From IMG/VR virus record IMGVR_UViG_3300028535_000001: a DNA stretch of 64,000 nucleotides, one strand, 5' to 3'. Numbering within the stretch: the first letter of the stretch is position 1; every line of letters begins with the position of its first letter. This document shows, piece by piece, positions 26,702 to 36,596 of the stretch. The translations under genes and the position numbers were made by a program. This DNA is from a virus. The notes beneath the pieces were generated by a model that was not told the DNA's origin, searched no databases, and was given only the letters and a program-made list of their open reading frames with translations.

Positions 26702-29026
26702 TTACGCAACCTCCTCAATGAATTTATTTAATAGTGTTCTGGAAGTGATTCTTCCTTTCATACTTTTACTAAATAAATTTTTAATCTGACCTGGTTTTAA
26801 GCCTTCTTGTATTGTAGTAAGGTCAGTATTTTGTACGGCCATTGTTTTACCATTTAATAAAAAATACTTGTTATATCCTTTATGATATACAATAGCGCAT
26901 TTTTCTTTAACAAATTTCTTTCTAATATCGGCAATAACTTTTTCTCTTAACATATATGATTTAAGTTGTCTAGTAAATCTGCCAACATCCCACCACTTAA
27001 TAGTTTTTAAAACATAGAAACCAATTGTTTTTATATTATGTTCTTTTTGTATAAGAGTTAATAACAAAGCAGTCATATCTGATCTACTATCCTCATTAAC
27101 ATATTGTTTTTTACCAATCTTAATAACTGTTTTAATTGGAATATATTTGTCTCTACCATTTTTATCAGTGACTCTTAATTCATCTTTATGTGCTCTAATA
27201 AGTTTACCATCTTTGTCTTCTACAACTTTTGCGTCACCAGAATAGTTAGCACCACCATCAGTTAATGTAATGAAAGTCATTTTTTCAATATTATATTTTT
27301 TTCTGAATAATGGAACCAATTTTAAACAAGCAACTAAAGCTTCGTTAAGTGGTGTAGTACCTAAATTATATTGAGACGGCATATGAAATCTACTTCCTTC
27401 ATATCTTTCCTCATTCCATAAACCTCTTCTTGAATAATGGCCATAACATAAACCCATATTGTAAATATACATTAAAGACTCTTCTAATTCTTTTTTCTTT
27501 AAATTATGATTTGCTAATTCAATTAAATTAAAGTTTTCTAAAAACATATTACCACTTTTAAATTTAAAACTTGCTTTTTGAGGATCCCTATCTCTATGGA
27601 CTAACCCTTGTTTTTCACAATACTCGGTAGTAAATGCATATACTTTAAAAGGTATGTTAACTTTTCTACAAAAGTAAACTAAATTAATTAATTGATCTAT
27701 AGTTTTTTTAAGATCAGCACACATACTACCAGACCAATCTAACAACATCATCATACCATGGTTTTTTTCTGTAGGTAAGATAGTTAATCTTTTAAAAATG
27801 TCTTCACTAAATTTGTAATCTTTTAATTTAAGTGGATCAATTGTACCTGTTTTATCAGTAGTTGCTCTCTTATAAGCAGTAGCAGATTTTTTCATTTCAA
27901 ATTCTTTAACTAGATAGTTAACAGTTTTCATATTATCACTACAATACTTTTTAAAATCATTTTTTAACCAATTTAAATATTGAGTTGTACTAGATGATAT
28001 TTTATATTCACCTCTAATATATTCTCTCATTTCTTTTAAGAAAGTTTTAGTTGGAACAATAACTTTATTTAAATCAGGTTCAGGTAAAGTCACATAATTA
28101 TATTCAACATCACTGTCAGTAATTTTTTGAGTACTTTCTTGGTATTTTTTATCAGTAATTGCTATAAATTTTCTTGAATCTAATCCTTTACTTTCTTGAT
28201 CTTCTGTTTTACCATCACCACCCTCAATTGATTTTTGATTTTCAGCATTGTCAACTTGTACATCTTCTTTACTAGCTTCACCATTGCCTTCTTTTTTTTC
28301 TTGAGGTTTTTCTTCTTTTTTATTATTACCATCTTCATCATCATTGTTAGGTGTTTCTGCTTTAGTTTCTTCAGGACCTTTATGATCGTCTTTTATTACA
28401 TACAGTTTATCTAAATTACTACCTGAAAAATTTGGATCCTTTTTATTTTTTTCAGTTTGTTTTTTCTGCCAATTTAACATTTCTTTAGCTAACTTAACAA
28501 CATCTGAAAAAGTTTTTATTGCATTAACTTTTTTAATCCAAATGTTTTCAAGAGTTGTAAAATGTATTGGTAATCTTTTTGAAGACTTATAGAACATATT
28601 AATTTTATCAATTAAATGTAAGTCTTTATTTAAATCTTTATCTCTAACTCCAAAGAAGTTAGCATTATTAAGAATATCAAAACCATTAAGGTAGTTTTTA
28701 GTAACACCAGGATATTTCTTTTGAATTTTTAAGTCTATTCTACAATCTTCTAGAACATTTACATAAGCACGTAACTCATCATCTGTAATTTTTGCCCATG
28801 ATTTATAAGGAGTAAATAGAGCATGACTGCACTCATGGGCGATTAACATGTCATACACATCGGGAGATTTTGTTTTAAAAATTGGTAATGTAAGTACTCT
28901 ATTCTTTACATCAAAAGAAGCTGTTCTAACATTGTTATGTTGAATGCTTATATTTTCGGTTGCTAATAATTTTGCTAGTTGTGATTTTTGATCTAGTGAA
29001 ACTTTTGTAGTGGTTTTCTTTTTCAT
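26702..29026 (-). CDS. CobT-like partner: HExxH metallopeptidase-like domain plus VWA domain
   Basis: AHECSHAL, NVLEDCRI, acidic linker, LLDWSGSM (MIDAS), TPLNE, LTDG. Confidence 0.8.
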   Translation of the reverse strand: MKKKTTTKVSLDQKSQLAKLLATENISIQHNNVRTASFDVKNRVLTLPIFKTKSPDVYDMLIAHECSHALFTPYKSWAKITDDELRAYVNVLEDCRIDLKIQKKYPGVTKNYLNGFDILNNANFFGVRDKDLNKDLHLIDKINMFYKSSKRLPIHFTTLENIWIKKVNAIKTFSDVVKLAKEMLNWQKKQTEKNKKDPNFSGSNLDKLYVIKDDHKGPEETKAETPNNDDEDGNNKKEEKPQEKKEGNGEASKEDVQVDNAENQKSIEGGDGKTEDQESKGLDSRKFIAITDKKYQESTQKITDSDVEYNYVTLPEPDLNKVIVPTKTFLKEMREYIRGEYKISSSTTQYLNWLKNDFKKYCSDNMKTVNYLVKEFEMKKSATAYKRATTDKTGTIDPLKLKDYKFSEDIFKRLTILPTEKNHGMMMLLDWSGSMCADLKKTIDQLINLVYFCRKVNIPFKVYAFTTEYCEKQGLVHRDRDPQKASFKFKSGNMFLENFNLIELANHNLKKKELEESLMYIYNMGLCYGHYSRRGLWNEERYEGSRFHMPSQYNLGTTPLNEALVACLKLVPLFRKKYNIEKMTFITLTDGGANYSGDAKVVEDKDGKLIRAHKDELRVTDKNGRDKYIPIKTVIKIGKKQYVNEDSRSDMTALLLTLIQKEHNIKTIGFYVLKTIKWWDVGRFTRQLKSYMLREKVIADIRKKFVKEKCAIVYHKGYNKYFLLNGKTMAVQNTDLTTIQEGLKPGQIKNLFSKSMKGRITSRTLLNKFIEEVA

Positions 29027-29149
29027 AATATACTCTTATCCTAAAGGAAAATGAAACGAAAAGCAACCATTATTTTTGACGGTTTTACTTGCTTTTTGAA
29101 ATTAATTTAAAGAACATTACCAGAACAGTGGATAACTCTTGCTGATTCT

Positions 29150-30481
29150 CTATCTTCCTACTTGATTTAAGTACTTTCCTTTACACTCTTCCCAATTTAA
29201 GTATATCAAATCATCATAAAAATGTGATTCTTTAGAATATCTATTTGTTTTTTCTAGACTCTTTATTCTTTTAGAGGCATGTTTTTCTTTCCACACCTTA
29301 ACTAATGCTTCGGTAGACGAATCGAATCGTTTCTTTAAACCATCATCTTTTACTTCGCCTCTTAAATACTCATATGTATTCTCATATAATCTTGCAAAGT
29401 ATATACCTCTAGCATGATCTGTTTTTATATACTCTTTAGGTATACCAAGTCTTGAATAAGTAAACATATATGACCTATTTTTATGATCTCTTTTTAATGG
29501 TTGGCCATTGGCTCTTGTTGCCACATACCATTCAAAGAATTTTCTAGTATGATTTTTCTTTAACCATTGTTTAATTAAATTTTTAGTTTCTAATTGTGGT
29601 TCATATGAAACGGAACCCATAGTGAAACCCATACGTTTCCAATATTTTAAACCATCATATTGACTTAAAGTATTCGCTTTTGCCTTACCATATAAAGATG
29701 TTGTGGTAACACCAACTAACTTATCGCCATACTTTTCTTGCCATATTCTTTGTACATCATCTGATAAACATAGATATGCTAATAATTTACCACCAGTAAA
29801 ACTATAACCTAAAGGTTGTGTTGGTACAATAGAGGAACCAATAGCAGTATGATTAATCATACCACCAAATGTTTTACTATGTCTATCCCAACCAATAGCA
29901 CTGTCTCTTGGAGTTAAATCCATAAAGTCACCAGATATACAAATGACACCTAGATGTTTACCTGATCTGTTATCATTTACATTAAAGAATAGTTGTCTAC
30001 CAATATTACTATTGTTTTTCATAGTAGACAAAAACGTTCTTAATGTATTCCAGTTTTCTGATAGTTGTTGAGTTCTTACTGCTTTACCGTTAAATCTTTT
30101 TGTAGTATCGTCTGTATATTCTAATACAGGTTCTAATTTATCATAGTCTTCAGGTGATTCTGGAATCCAGATATTATTTCTAACTGTATCTATTTGAGTT
30201 CTTTGTTCAGGTGATGTTAATATTTTTTCAGTACCATACAATGTAGTTGATTCGGTTGTAGGATATTTCTTATGTACTTCTTGCCACTTTTGGAATAATG
30301 TATACTCTTGTACGGTCATTTTAGACACGTATCCAAGGTCTTTTTCTATTTCTTCTTTAAGATGTTTTAGATCAACATCTTCTACTTTAGATATATCGTT
30401 TTCTTCTTGGAATTTCTTCCACTTTTTTTCAACGCCTTCTAAATCTTGTTTTTCATGTATATCAAAGTCTTCTTTATTCAT
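29150..30481 (-). CDS. DUF4338 (DruA-like) family protein, paralogue 2
   Basis: IVPTQPLGYSFTGGKLLAYLCLS, TTTSLYG, SQYDG. Confidence 0.6.
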   Translation of the reverse strand: MNKEDFDIHEKQDLEGVEKKWKKFQEENDISKVEDVDLKHLKEEIEKDLGYVSKMTVQEYTLFQKWQEVHKKYPTTESTTLYGTEKILTSPEQRTQIDTVRNNIWIPESPEDYDKLEPVLEYTDDTTKRFNGKAVRTQQLSENWNTLRTFLSTMKNNSNIGRQLFFNVNDNRSGKHLGVICISGDFMDLTPRDSAIGWDRHSKTFGGMINHTAIGSSIVPTQPLGYSFTGGKLLAYLCLSDDVQRIWQEKYGDKLVGVTTTSLYGKAKANTLSQYDGLKYWKRMGFTMGSVSYEPQLETKNLIKQWLKKNHTRKFFEWYVATRANGQPLKRDHKNRSYMFTYSRLGIPKEYIKTDHARGIYFARLYENTYEYLRGEVKDDGLKKRFDSSTEALVKVWKEKHASKRIKSLEKTNRYSKESHFYDDLIYLNWEECKGKYLNQVGR

Positions 30482-30487
30482 AATATA

Positions 30488-30516
30488 ATCCTATCAGAAA
30501 TTAATCTGATTGTCAA
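30488..30516 (-). promoter_or_regulatory. sigma70-type promoter, probably giving a leaderless mRNA
   Basis: TTGACA-17-TAGGAT-tatatt-ATG. Confidence 0.7.
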
Positions 30517-30518
30517 GC

Positions 30519-31232
30519 TTACAGATTCTTACGTTTTTCGTAGAGTTTCATCTGTTTAGCAGCCTTCTTATAAGCCATATCCAGTTTCATTTTAGATACA
30601 CCATCTATAAAATTCTTACCTAATATATGATCGTATTCATGTTGGAATACTCTACTAATCATACCATCAAGGTGGCCTTCTCTTAATTGTCCATCTTCGT
30701 CTTCGTATTTAACAACTACTTTTCTAGGCCTTACTATTGATAAGAATACAAAAGGAAAGGTTAAACAACCTTCTTTCATCATTACTGTTTCCTCACTTTT
30801 TGAAATTATAAATGGATTAAAACATGCCATCTTTAACCCTTTTTCTATAGATGGATGATCGCCTAATGTAAACATATTGAAAGGCAATCCAACCTGATTA
30901 CAGGTTAAACCTAATCCACCATATTTTCTCATAGTTTTGAACATAGCGTCTGCTAATTCTTTTCTATCTTTAAAACCCTCATCTTTTAACATATCATCGC
31001 TAAAAGGTGCTATGGCTGAATTTACTCTCGGGTCTCTTGGTGGGACCAATTTTAAACCTTTTTTATCGTCCACTTCAGTGGTTCCCTTCTCCTTTATTTT
31101 GTCAGTATTTACTTGGTTTTTTGGCTTTGCCTTCATAAACGTTTGAGCATTATTAATATAATTATCCTGTTTAGGTATCTTCTCCCTTTTTGTTTGTGGT
31201 GGTCTCATTACATTTTTTTGTGTACTACCCAT
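30519..31232 (-). CDS. def: Peptide deformylase with basic N-terminal extension
   Basis: GLGLTCNQVG, EGCLT, QHEYDH. Confidence 0.92.
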   Translation of the reverse strand: MGSTQKNVMRPPQTKREKIPKQDNYINNAQTFMKAKPKNQVNTDKIKEKGTTEVDDKKGLKLVPPRDPRVNSAIAPFSDDMLKDEGFKDRKELADAMFKTMRKYGGLGLTCNQVGLPFNMFTLGDHPSIEKGLKMACFNPFIISKSEETVMMKEGCLTFPFVFLSIVRPRKVVVKYEDEDGQLREGHLDGMISRVFQHEYDHILGKNFIDGVSKMKLDMAYKKAAKQMKLYEKRKNL

Positions 31233-31240
31233 ATTTTCTC

Positions 31241-32956
31241 CTATGTTGGTTGTAATCTTGTGAAATTTTTATACTTCTCAAACTTTATTATATTAGTAAA
31301 TTTATCAAACATTATATCTCCCTTATGGGATATAATAAAGATGTTTTCTTTTGAAAGTTGTGTTATAATCTTAAAAAAATCATCTGTACCTTGACCGTCT
31401 AAACTGCCGTCAAATATTTCATCTAATATTAATAGATTGGTATTTGTACTATTTTTCATCTTTGCAATATGTCTCCAAGTAAATAACAATGCAAGGTCTA
31501 TTCTCATTTTTTCACCCTCACTAAAGTTATTATAATTAAATGTATCTCTAAATCTACTCTTTACTGTTTCATTAAACTCCTCATCTAAATGAAACGATAC
31601 AAAGAAATCCATGGCCTGTAAATGTTGATTAATTAAGCTGTTCATTATAGGAACATACTTACGTATAATCTGAGCCTTGGCACCTTTGTCATTTAATATC
31701 TCTCTTAATATATCTACGTAATCCTTTTGTTCAATTATTCTATCTCTTTCTACTTTACTATCATCTAGTTGTTGTTTTAAATCTTCTAGTTGTATTTTAA
31801 TCTCTTTACCATCAACTTGTTTGTTTTCTAGTAGTCTCATTTCTTCATGTATTCTATTGCTAAACTTATTTATCTCGTCTAAAGATGTTTCAAATTTAGA
31901 TATGTCAATATTAAGTTCATATATCTTTTCAGATACTTTATTCATTTCTGTTAATTTTAATTCTGTTTTGGCTATCTCACTTAATATATCTCTCATACCA
32001 TCTGATAGAGTTTTTACTTTTGTTTTAGTAGTATTTATCTTTTGAGTTTTAAAATTTTGATCTATAGGTTGTGTACATGTAGGACAACTATCATTATTCT
32101 CAAAAAACTCTAATGTCTTTTGATGTGTCTTTAAATTGGTCTCAATCTTAGCTTCTAGTTTTGTTAATTTACTTACCTTGGTAACTACTTTATTTTTATT
32201 TTCTATTTCTTTTTTATGAGAACCTATTTGTTTGTTTAGTGATTCAATCTTTCTACCATACTCTTTATTATCTTCTTCGTTTTTGTTAATCAGCTGTTTT
32301 TTACCATCTAGGTCGTTCATATTCAAGTTGGAAATAGCATTGAAGTGATTTAACTCTGTCTCATACTTGGTTTGTATAAGGTCAGCTCGGTGTTTCATTT
32401 CAATAACTTTCTTAGCTAAATCTGATTGTTGACTTCTTAATATCAAGTCCATAAGACCAAACACTCTAATGTCTAAAATTTCCTCAACCACTTCTCGTCT
32501 GTATCTAGGTTTCATTTTCATAAACGGCTCGTATGATGATGATCCTAATAATACAACTTGTAAGAAAGACCTATAGTTAAGTCTCATTATATTTTGTTCT
32601 AGATATTTTTGATAGTCTATACTGTTGGCGTCTTGATTCATAAGAACACCATCTTGATATATTTCAAATAGATTTGGTTTAATACCTCTTACTATTTTAT
32701 ATTCTTTCATACCTACATTAAATTCTATTTCTACAATAGTTTCTGTATTGTTTATTGAGTTTACTATTTGTTCTTTCTTTATAATTCTAAATGGTTTATT
32801 AAATAAAACAAAACAAAGGGCGTCCAATAAAGTAGACTTACCTGATCCATTTGGTCCTATTACTAATGTTGTATGTGATTTATTTAAGTCTATTACTATA
32901 GGCGTATTACCTGTAGATAGGAAATTCTTATATGATATTTTTTTAAAGACTATCAT
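31241..32956 (-). CDS. 46: Recombination endonuclease subunit gp46 (Rad50/SbcC-like)
   Basis: GPNGSGKST, CPTC hook, FSEGEK, LILDEIFD, ISH. Confidence 0.95.
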   Translation of the reverse strand: MIVFKKISYKNFLSTGNTPIVIDLNKSHTTLVIGPNGSGKSTLLDALCFVLFNKPFRIIKKEQIVNSINNTETIVEIEFNVGMKEYKIVRGIKPNLFEIYQDGVLMNQDANSIDYQKYLEQNIMRLNYRSFLQVVLLGSSSYEPFMKMKPRYRREVVEEILDIRVFGLMDLILRSQQSDLAKKVIEMKHRADLIQTKYETELNHFNAISNLNMNDLDGKKQLINKNEEDNKEYGRKIESLNKQIGSHKKEIENKNKVVTKVSKLTKLEAKIETNLKTHQKTLEFFENNDSCPTCTQPIDQNFKTQKINTTKTKVKTLSDGMRDILSEIAKTELKLTEMNKVSEKIYELNIDISKFETSLDEINKFSNRIHEEMRLLENKQVDGKEIKIQLEDLKQQLDDSKVERDRIIEQKDYVDILREILNDKGAKAQIIRKYVPIMNSLINQHLQAMDFFVSFHLDEEFNETVKSRFRDTFNYNNFSEGEKMRIDLALLFTWRHIAKMKNSTNTNLLILDEIFDGSLDGQGTDDFFKIITQLSKENIFIISHKGDIMFDKFTNIIKFEKYKNFTRLQPT

Positions 32957-33173
32957 CTTTTCCTAAAACCGGATTAATAGGCCTAATTCTAAAGAAGTAT
33001 CTCCAACATGCTGATCTTACCATTGATACAACAGTAAATATTAACGCAATTCCTATACTATCTAAAATAGTTGGATATAATCCAAAGAATGGAAAGATAT
33101 ATAATTGAATAAGAATAGCTAAAATTAATCCACTACCTACATCTATAATACTTTCTATTATAGCTTTATTCAT
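32943..33173 (-). CDS. Small two-TM membrane protein
   Basis: ESIIDVGSG...FPFFG...SMVRSACWR hydrophobic pattern. Confidence 0.65.
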   Translation of the reverse strand: MNKAIIESIIDVGSGLILAILIQLYIFPFFGLYPTILDSIGIALIFTVVSMVRSACWRYFFRIRPINPVLGKDDSL

Positions 33174-33453
33174 CTGTTATTGGACATAAATCTGGTATTG
33201 GTTCCAACTCCTCTTGCATTTTTTCTGATGGTGTTTTTAATCTTTTTTCTGCCTCTTTAATAATAGCGTGTGTATCAGACACACTTTCTTCCTTCATTTT
33301 ACCTTCTGCTCTAATTTTATCCATTTCTTTTCTAACATACTCTTGATGTCTGGAAGATTTCATAGATGACTCTAATTCTTCTTTTTGTGATTCTAATGTT
33401 TCAACTTTTGGAATTTTATTATTCACTGGCCTCCGTGTATAATTCTTTTGCAA
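33166..33453 (-). CDS. Hypothetical charged protein
   Basis: ORF track; overlaps its neighbours. Confidence 0.6.
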   Translation of the reverse strand: MQKNYTRRPVNNKIPKVETLESQKEELESSMKSSRHQEYVRKEMDKIRAEGKMKEESVSDTHAIIKEAEKRLKTPSEKMQEELEPIPDLCPITDE

Positions 33454-34462
33454 ACTCTTTTAGTTTTGTCTTATCTAAATCAGTATCTACCTGTTCAATA
33501 TAGTTACCTAAAAATGTTAATGTATCTTCGCCTTGATCTATAGTATCTACCTTAACTGTTTGTGTAATATCAGTTGTATCTTCATTAATAATCAATTCAT
33601 GTACATTGGTATTGTTGTAAAATCTTTCTACTAGATTGCTATACATTTCTTTATTTTTACACCTGTTTACAAATAGTTTTACAAAACAATTATCGTAAGA
33701 GGATAAATCTAAATTGTCATAGTTTTCTTTTGTATCATCATATATTAATTTTTTAAATATAGGTAAAGGGTTCTCTATTCGTTCTAATTCTCTTGTGTCT
33801 GTATCAAATATATGAAAACCTTTTGGACAATTATAATCTGACCACATAATTTGATATTGTGTACCTAGATAAAAGATATGGCCATCATCTGATTTCTTAT
33901 GAAAATGACCAGATAATACTTTTTCAAATCTTCTAAATTGTTCTCTATCAAGTCCTTGTTCATTTACAATTCCTCTATGCATTTCAAAGCCTTTTATTTC
34001 TAAATGACCCATAACAATTTGAGCTGTTGTATTATCTATTTTATATAAAGTATCTTCTATATTGGCTTCACATATCCATGGTATAAACAATATATCTAAT
34101 CCACCAAGATTTATATCTGTTGCTCTTGTATATGTTGTAATTTTTCCTAGATTTAAATTTTGTATAGCATTTACTTCGTTAGTATTTTTATAATAGGTAT
34201 CGTGATTACCCAATATAACGTGAGTATCTATATTCAATTCTTCTAATTTATCCCAAAAATTTAGTCTAAAATTGTGGGCTGTGTTGTGATTAATAAACTT
34301 ACGTCTATCAACAACGTCACCTAAATGTACTAAACATTTTATATCGTTATCAATAATATAAGGAAAAAATTGTTCCTCGTAAAACTTATTTTGATAGTTT
34401 ATAAAGTGTGGAGAATCATTACGGCAACCAAAGTGTGTATCATTTAATAGGGCTATTTTCAT
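33419..34462 (-). CDS. 47: Recombination endonuclease subunit gp47 (Mre11/SbcD-like)
   Basis: DTHFG, HLGD, GNHD, GHLE, SGHFH. Confidence 0.95.
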   Translation of the reverse strand: MKIALLNDTHFGCRNDSPHFINYQNKFYEEQFFPYIIDNDIKCLVHLGDVVDRRKFINHNTAHNFRLNFWDKLEELNIDTHVILGNHDTYYKNTNEVNAIQNLNLGKITTYTRATDINLGGLDILFIPWICEANIEDTLYKIDNTTAQIVMGHLEIKGFEMHRGIVNEQGLDREQFRRFEKVLSGHFHKKSDDGHIFYLGTQYQIMWSDYNCPKGFHIFDTDTRELERIENPLPIFKKLIYDDTKENYDNLDLSSYDNCFVKLFVNRCKNKEMYSNLVERFYNNTNVHELIINEDTTDITQTVKVDTIDQGEDTLTFLGNYIEQVDTDLDKTKLKEFAKELYTEASE

Positions 34463-35030
34463 CTTTTTTAAAAAAATAATCTAAACTATTCTTACTCGTC
34501 CTTTTTTTACGTTTTATTTTACTTTTTGCTACTTCTTCAGCTATTTTCTCTTGTGAATCCATAGGTAAGTTCTTTTGTAAATACTCTGTCATTTGATTTT
34601 TAAACTCTCTATCGTCACCTGGTTGGAGAGCAAAGTCATCTAAATTTGATTTACTAATAAGTTTGTGTTTAATCGTCACTTGTTTTTTCTCTTTTTGTAT
34701 TCTACGTATAAAAGCATAGTAGATTATTTGAGTAAAATAAGCGAAAGGATTGTTAGATTTTTTGCCATCAAAGTTGTCAAGGTATTGTAGACAGTTTTCT
34801 ATACCATCTGAAATCATGTCATCTTTGAATGTGTAATTTATGAAATTTGGTCTATATGAAAGGTGATTGGCAATCTTCAAAAAACAGGATCCAAGGTAGT
34901 TTCCTACTGCTGGTTTATCTTGTTTTTCTCTTATTGCTTTTCGTACAGCTTTTTTGTACTTGTTCATCGCTTCCAGAAACTCTTTATTATTAACGTAGTG
35001 TTCTTTCTTCGTTTTTGATTTTGCAGTCAT
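34440..35030 (-). CDS. 55: Late-transcription sigma factor gp55
   Basis: HYVNNKEF, RPNFINY, DMISDGIENC, NPFAYFTQI. Confidence 0.95.
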   Translation of the reverse strand: MTAKSKTKKEHYVNNKEFLEAMNKYKKAVRKAIREKQDKPAVGNYLGSCFLKIANHLSYRPNFINYTFKDDMISDGIENCLQYLDNFDGKKSNNPFAYFTQIIYYAFIRRIQKEKKQVTIKHKLISKSNLDDFALQPGDDREFKNQMTEYLQKNLPMDSQEKIAEEVAKSKIKRKKRTSKNSLDYFFKKDENSPIK

Positions 35031-35036
35031 AATATA

Positions 35037-35065
35037 ACTATATACCTTTTCGTTCAGTTTGTCAA
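35037..35065 (-). promoter_or_regulatory. sigma70-type promoter of gene 55, probably leaderless
   Basis: TTGACA-17-TATAGT-tatatt-ATG. Confidence 0.7.
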
Positions 35066-35118
35066 TGTTTTAAGGTTATAACACACCAAAAAAATTTCGG
35101 TTTTAGGCTAAATCAGCA

Positions 35119-35146
35119 TTGACTTTTTCTGGAAAATATGTATAAT
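35119..35146 (+). promoter_or_regulatory. Plus-strand sigma70-like promoter with no downstream sense ORF
   Basis: TTGACT-16-TATAAT. Confidence 0.55.
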
Positions 35147-35191
35147 GAACGGTGTAGCCGGTTGATAGAGAACCTCCAGCTAGGGGGATTA

Positions 35192-35647
35192 TTAATGTAA
35201 AGTTCCTGGCTCATCATCTTCATCATAAAATCTGTCATCAAATATCTCATTTAACTTTCTATTTTCTTTAGTAGAAAACTTCATCATCATTGGCTGTCTT
35301 TTTCCATCTGCATTGGCCAATGGAATATCACCATACGTATCAACGACACCAAGATAACTCTTACTCATAGCCTCGTTGGCATTTGTAATAGTCATTATCT
35401 TATCTTTTGGAATTGTAATATGATTATCGTTAGTATAGGCCGTCCAACGTATCAATGCGATATAGTCTTTGAAACCATGCATTGTTATTTGTGGTACGTA
35501 TTTTATCTGTAAAGGTTTATCAATACAAATTGTTTGATGTGTGGTATCCATTTGACTCTTTGAATTTTCCACAACGGCAACAATATCGTCCCCATTAATC
35601 AACTTAATGATTTTTATTTTTTCGGTTGTTGTTTTACTTTGTTCCAT
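35192..35647 (-). CDS. Conserved T4-like hypothetical protein upstream of gene 55
   Basis: IKIIKLINGDDIVA start; synteny uvsW-x-55. Confidence 0.65.
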   Translation of the reverse strand: MEQSKTTTEKIKIIKLINGDDIVAVVENSKSQMDTTHQTICIDKPLQIKYVPQITMHGFKDYIALIRWTAYTNDNHITIPKDKIMTITNANEAMSKSYLGVVDTYGDIPLANADGKRQPMMMKFSTKENRKLNEIFDDRFYDEDDEPGTLH

Positions 35648-35785
35648 TTATTGTACTATTTCATCTCCTGTTTTTACTTTAGGTCTTGGTTTATCACAAA
35701 TTGAACAATCACATTTCTTACACTTGCAATTCATACAAGTTTCGGGACAATGTGCCTCGCATTTACAGTTCTTACATTTTTCCAT
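35648..35785 (-). CDS. 45-aa Cys-rich metallothionein-like protein
   Basis: MEKCKNCKCEAHCPETCMNCKCKKCDCSICDK: 10 Cys + 1 His in 30 residues. Confidence 0.6.
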   Translation of the reverse strand: MEKCKNCKCEAHCPETCMNCKCKKCDCSICDKPRPKVKTGDEIVQ

Positions 35786-35828
35786 GTATATATTTATCCG
35801 TTCCCTAAAGTGTGCCAGTGTAATTTTT

Positions 35829-36596
35829 TCATCGTACATACCAATCTTCAATGGGGTCAGAAAATTTTCTTTTATAACCATTATTAATTAACAGATTATA
35901 TATTTTTTTTCTATCAGGCATGCTATTATGTTCACAGGTAATTATTTTAATATCATATGAGTTGAAGTCAAATGCATTTAAAATTTCAAACTCACTTCCT
36001 TCGGTATCTATTGACAAATAATCAATTTGTTTTGGAGCATTATACTTAAGCAATAGGTCTATTAGAGAAATTGTTTTAACTTTATATTTTTTACCAAATG
36101 TGTTACGAAGTTTACTTCCTTTTCTGCCAACATTTGCATAAATATCAAGTGTTGAATATTCACTTTTGCCTGTATGTTTAGGAACTTCGTTAAAGACTAA
36201 TTCATCACCAGATGTTTTCCATATACAATTTGTTTCAATAGCAGTCGCATTTTTGGTAAAATCTTGTCTATTTTGTTTTAAATCTTTGTGCCAACATTTT
36301 GCCGGTTCTGCTAAAATACCTTTCCAATTAAATTTTTTCTCTAATAGATAAGTATTACTTGAGTCAAATCCATCAGCTGCGCCAAATTCAATAAAATAAC
36401 CATCACCCTTAAATTTAAATTCTTTAAGTACAAACATATCTTGTCTTTGTTGTGATCTAGATTCAGGCAAACAGTAAGCTTTGTAAAAATTTGATGTATT
36501 AATTTGATTAATAGGTCCAAACATATTCTGCCTTCTAACATTAAGAATAGTTTTAATTTTCATCATTTCCCTTTTACAGTACTTACATTTTTCCAT
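35829..36596 (-). CDS. FkbM-family SAM methyltransferase
   Basis: SQQRQD, FIEFGAADG..SNT, WKGILAEP, IDYLSIDTEGSE, ITCEH. Confidence 0.85.
   Translation of the reverse strand: MEKCKYCKREMMKIKTILNVRRQNMFGPINQINTSNFYKAYCLPESRSQQRQDMFVLKEFKFKGDGYFIEFGAADGFDSSNTYLLEKKFNWKGILAEPAKCWHKDLKQNRQDFTKNATAIETNCIWKTSGDELVFNEVPKHTGKSEYSTLDIYANVGRKGSKLRNTFGKKYKVKTISLIDLLLKYNAPKQIDYLSIDTEGSEFEILNAFDFNSYDIKIITCEHNSMPDRKKIYNLLINNGYKRKFSDPIEDWYVR

Noticed and set aside
25389-29026. cobS/cobT as cobalamin biosynthesis
   Set aside because: This MoxR-AAA/VWA pair is common in marine T4-like phages and no cobN or other cob genes are present; a chaperone role is more likely.
35786-35881. N-terminal 32 aa of the 77-aa ORF
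   Set aside because: It derives from the FkbM overlap and the duplicated uvsW tail; the likely start is MEKCK at 35785.
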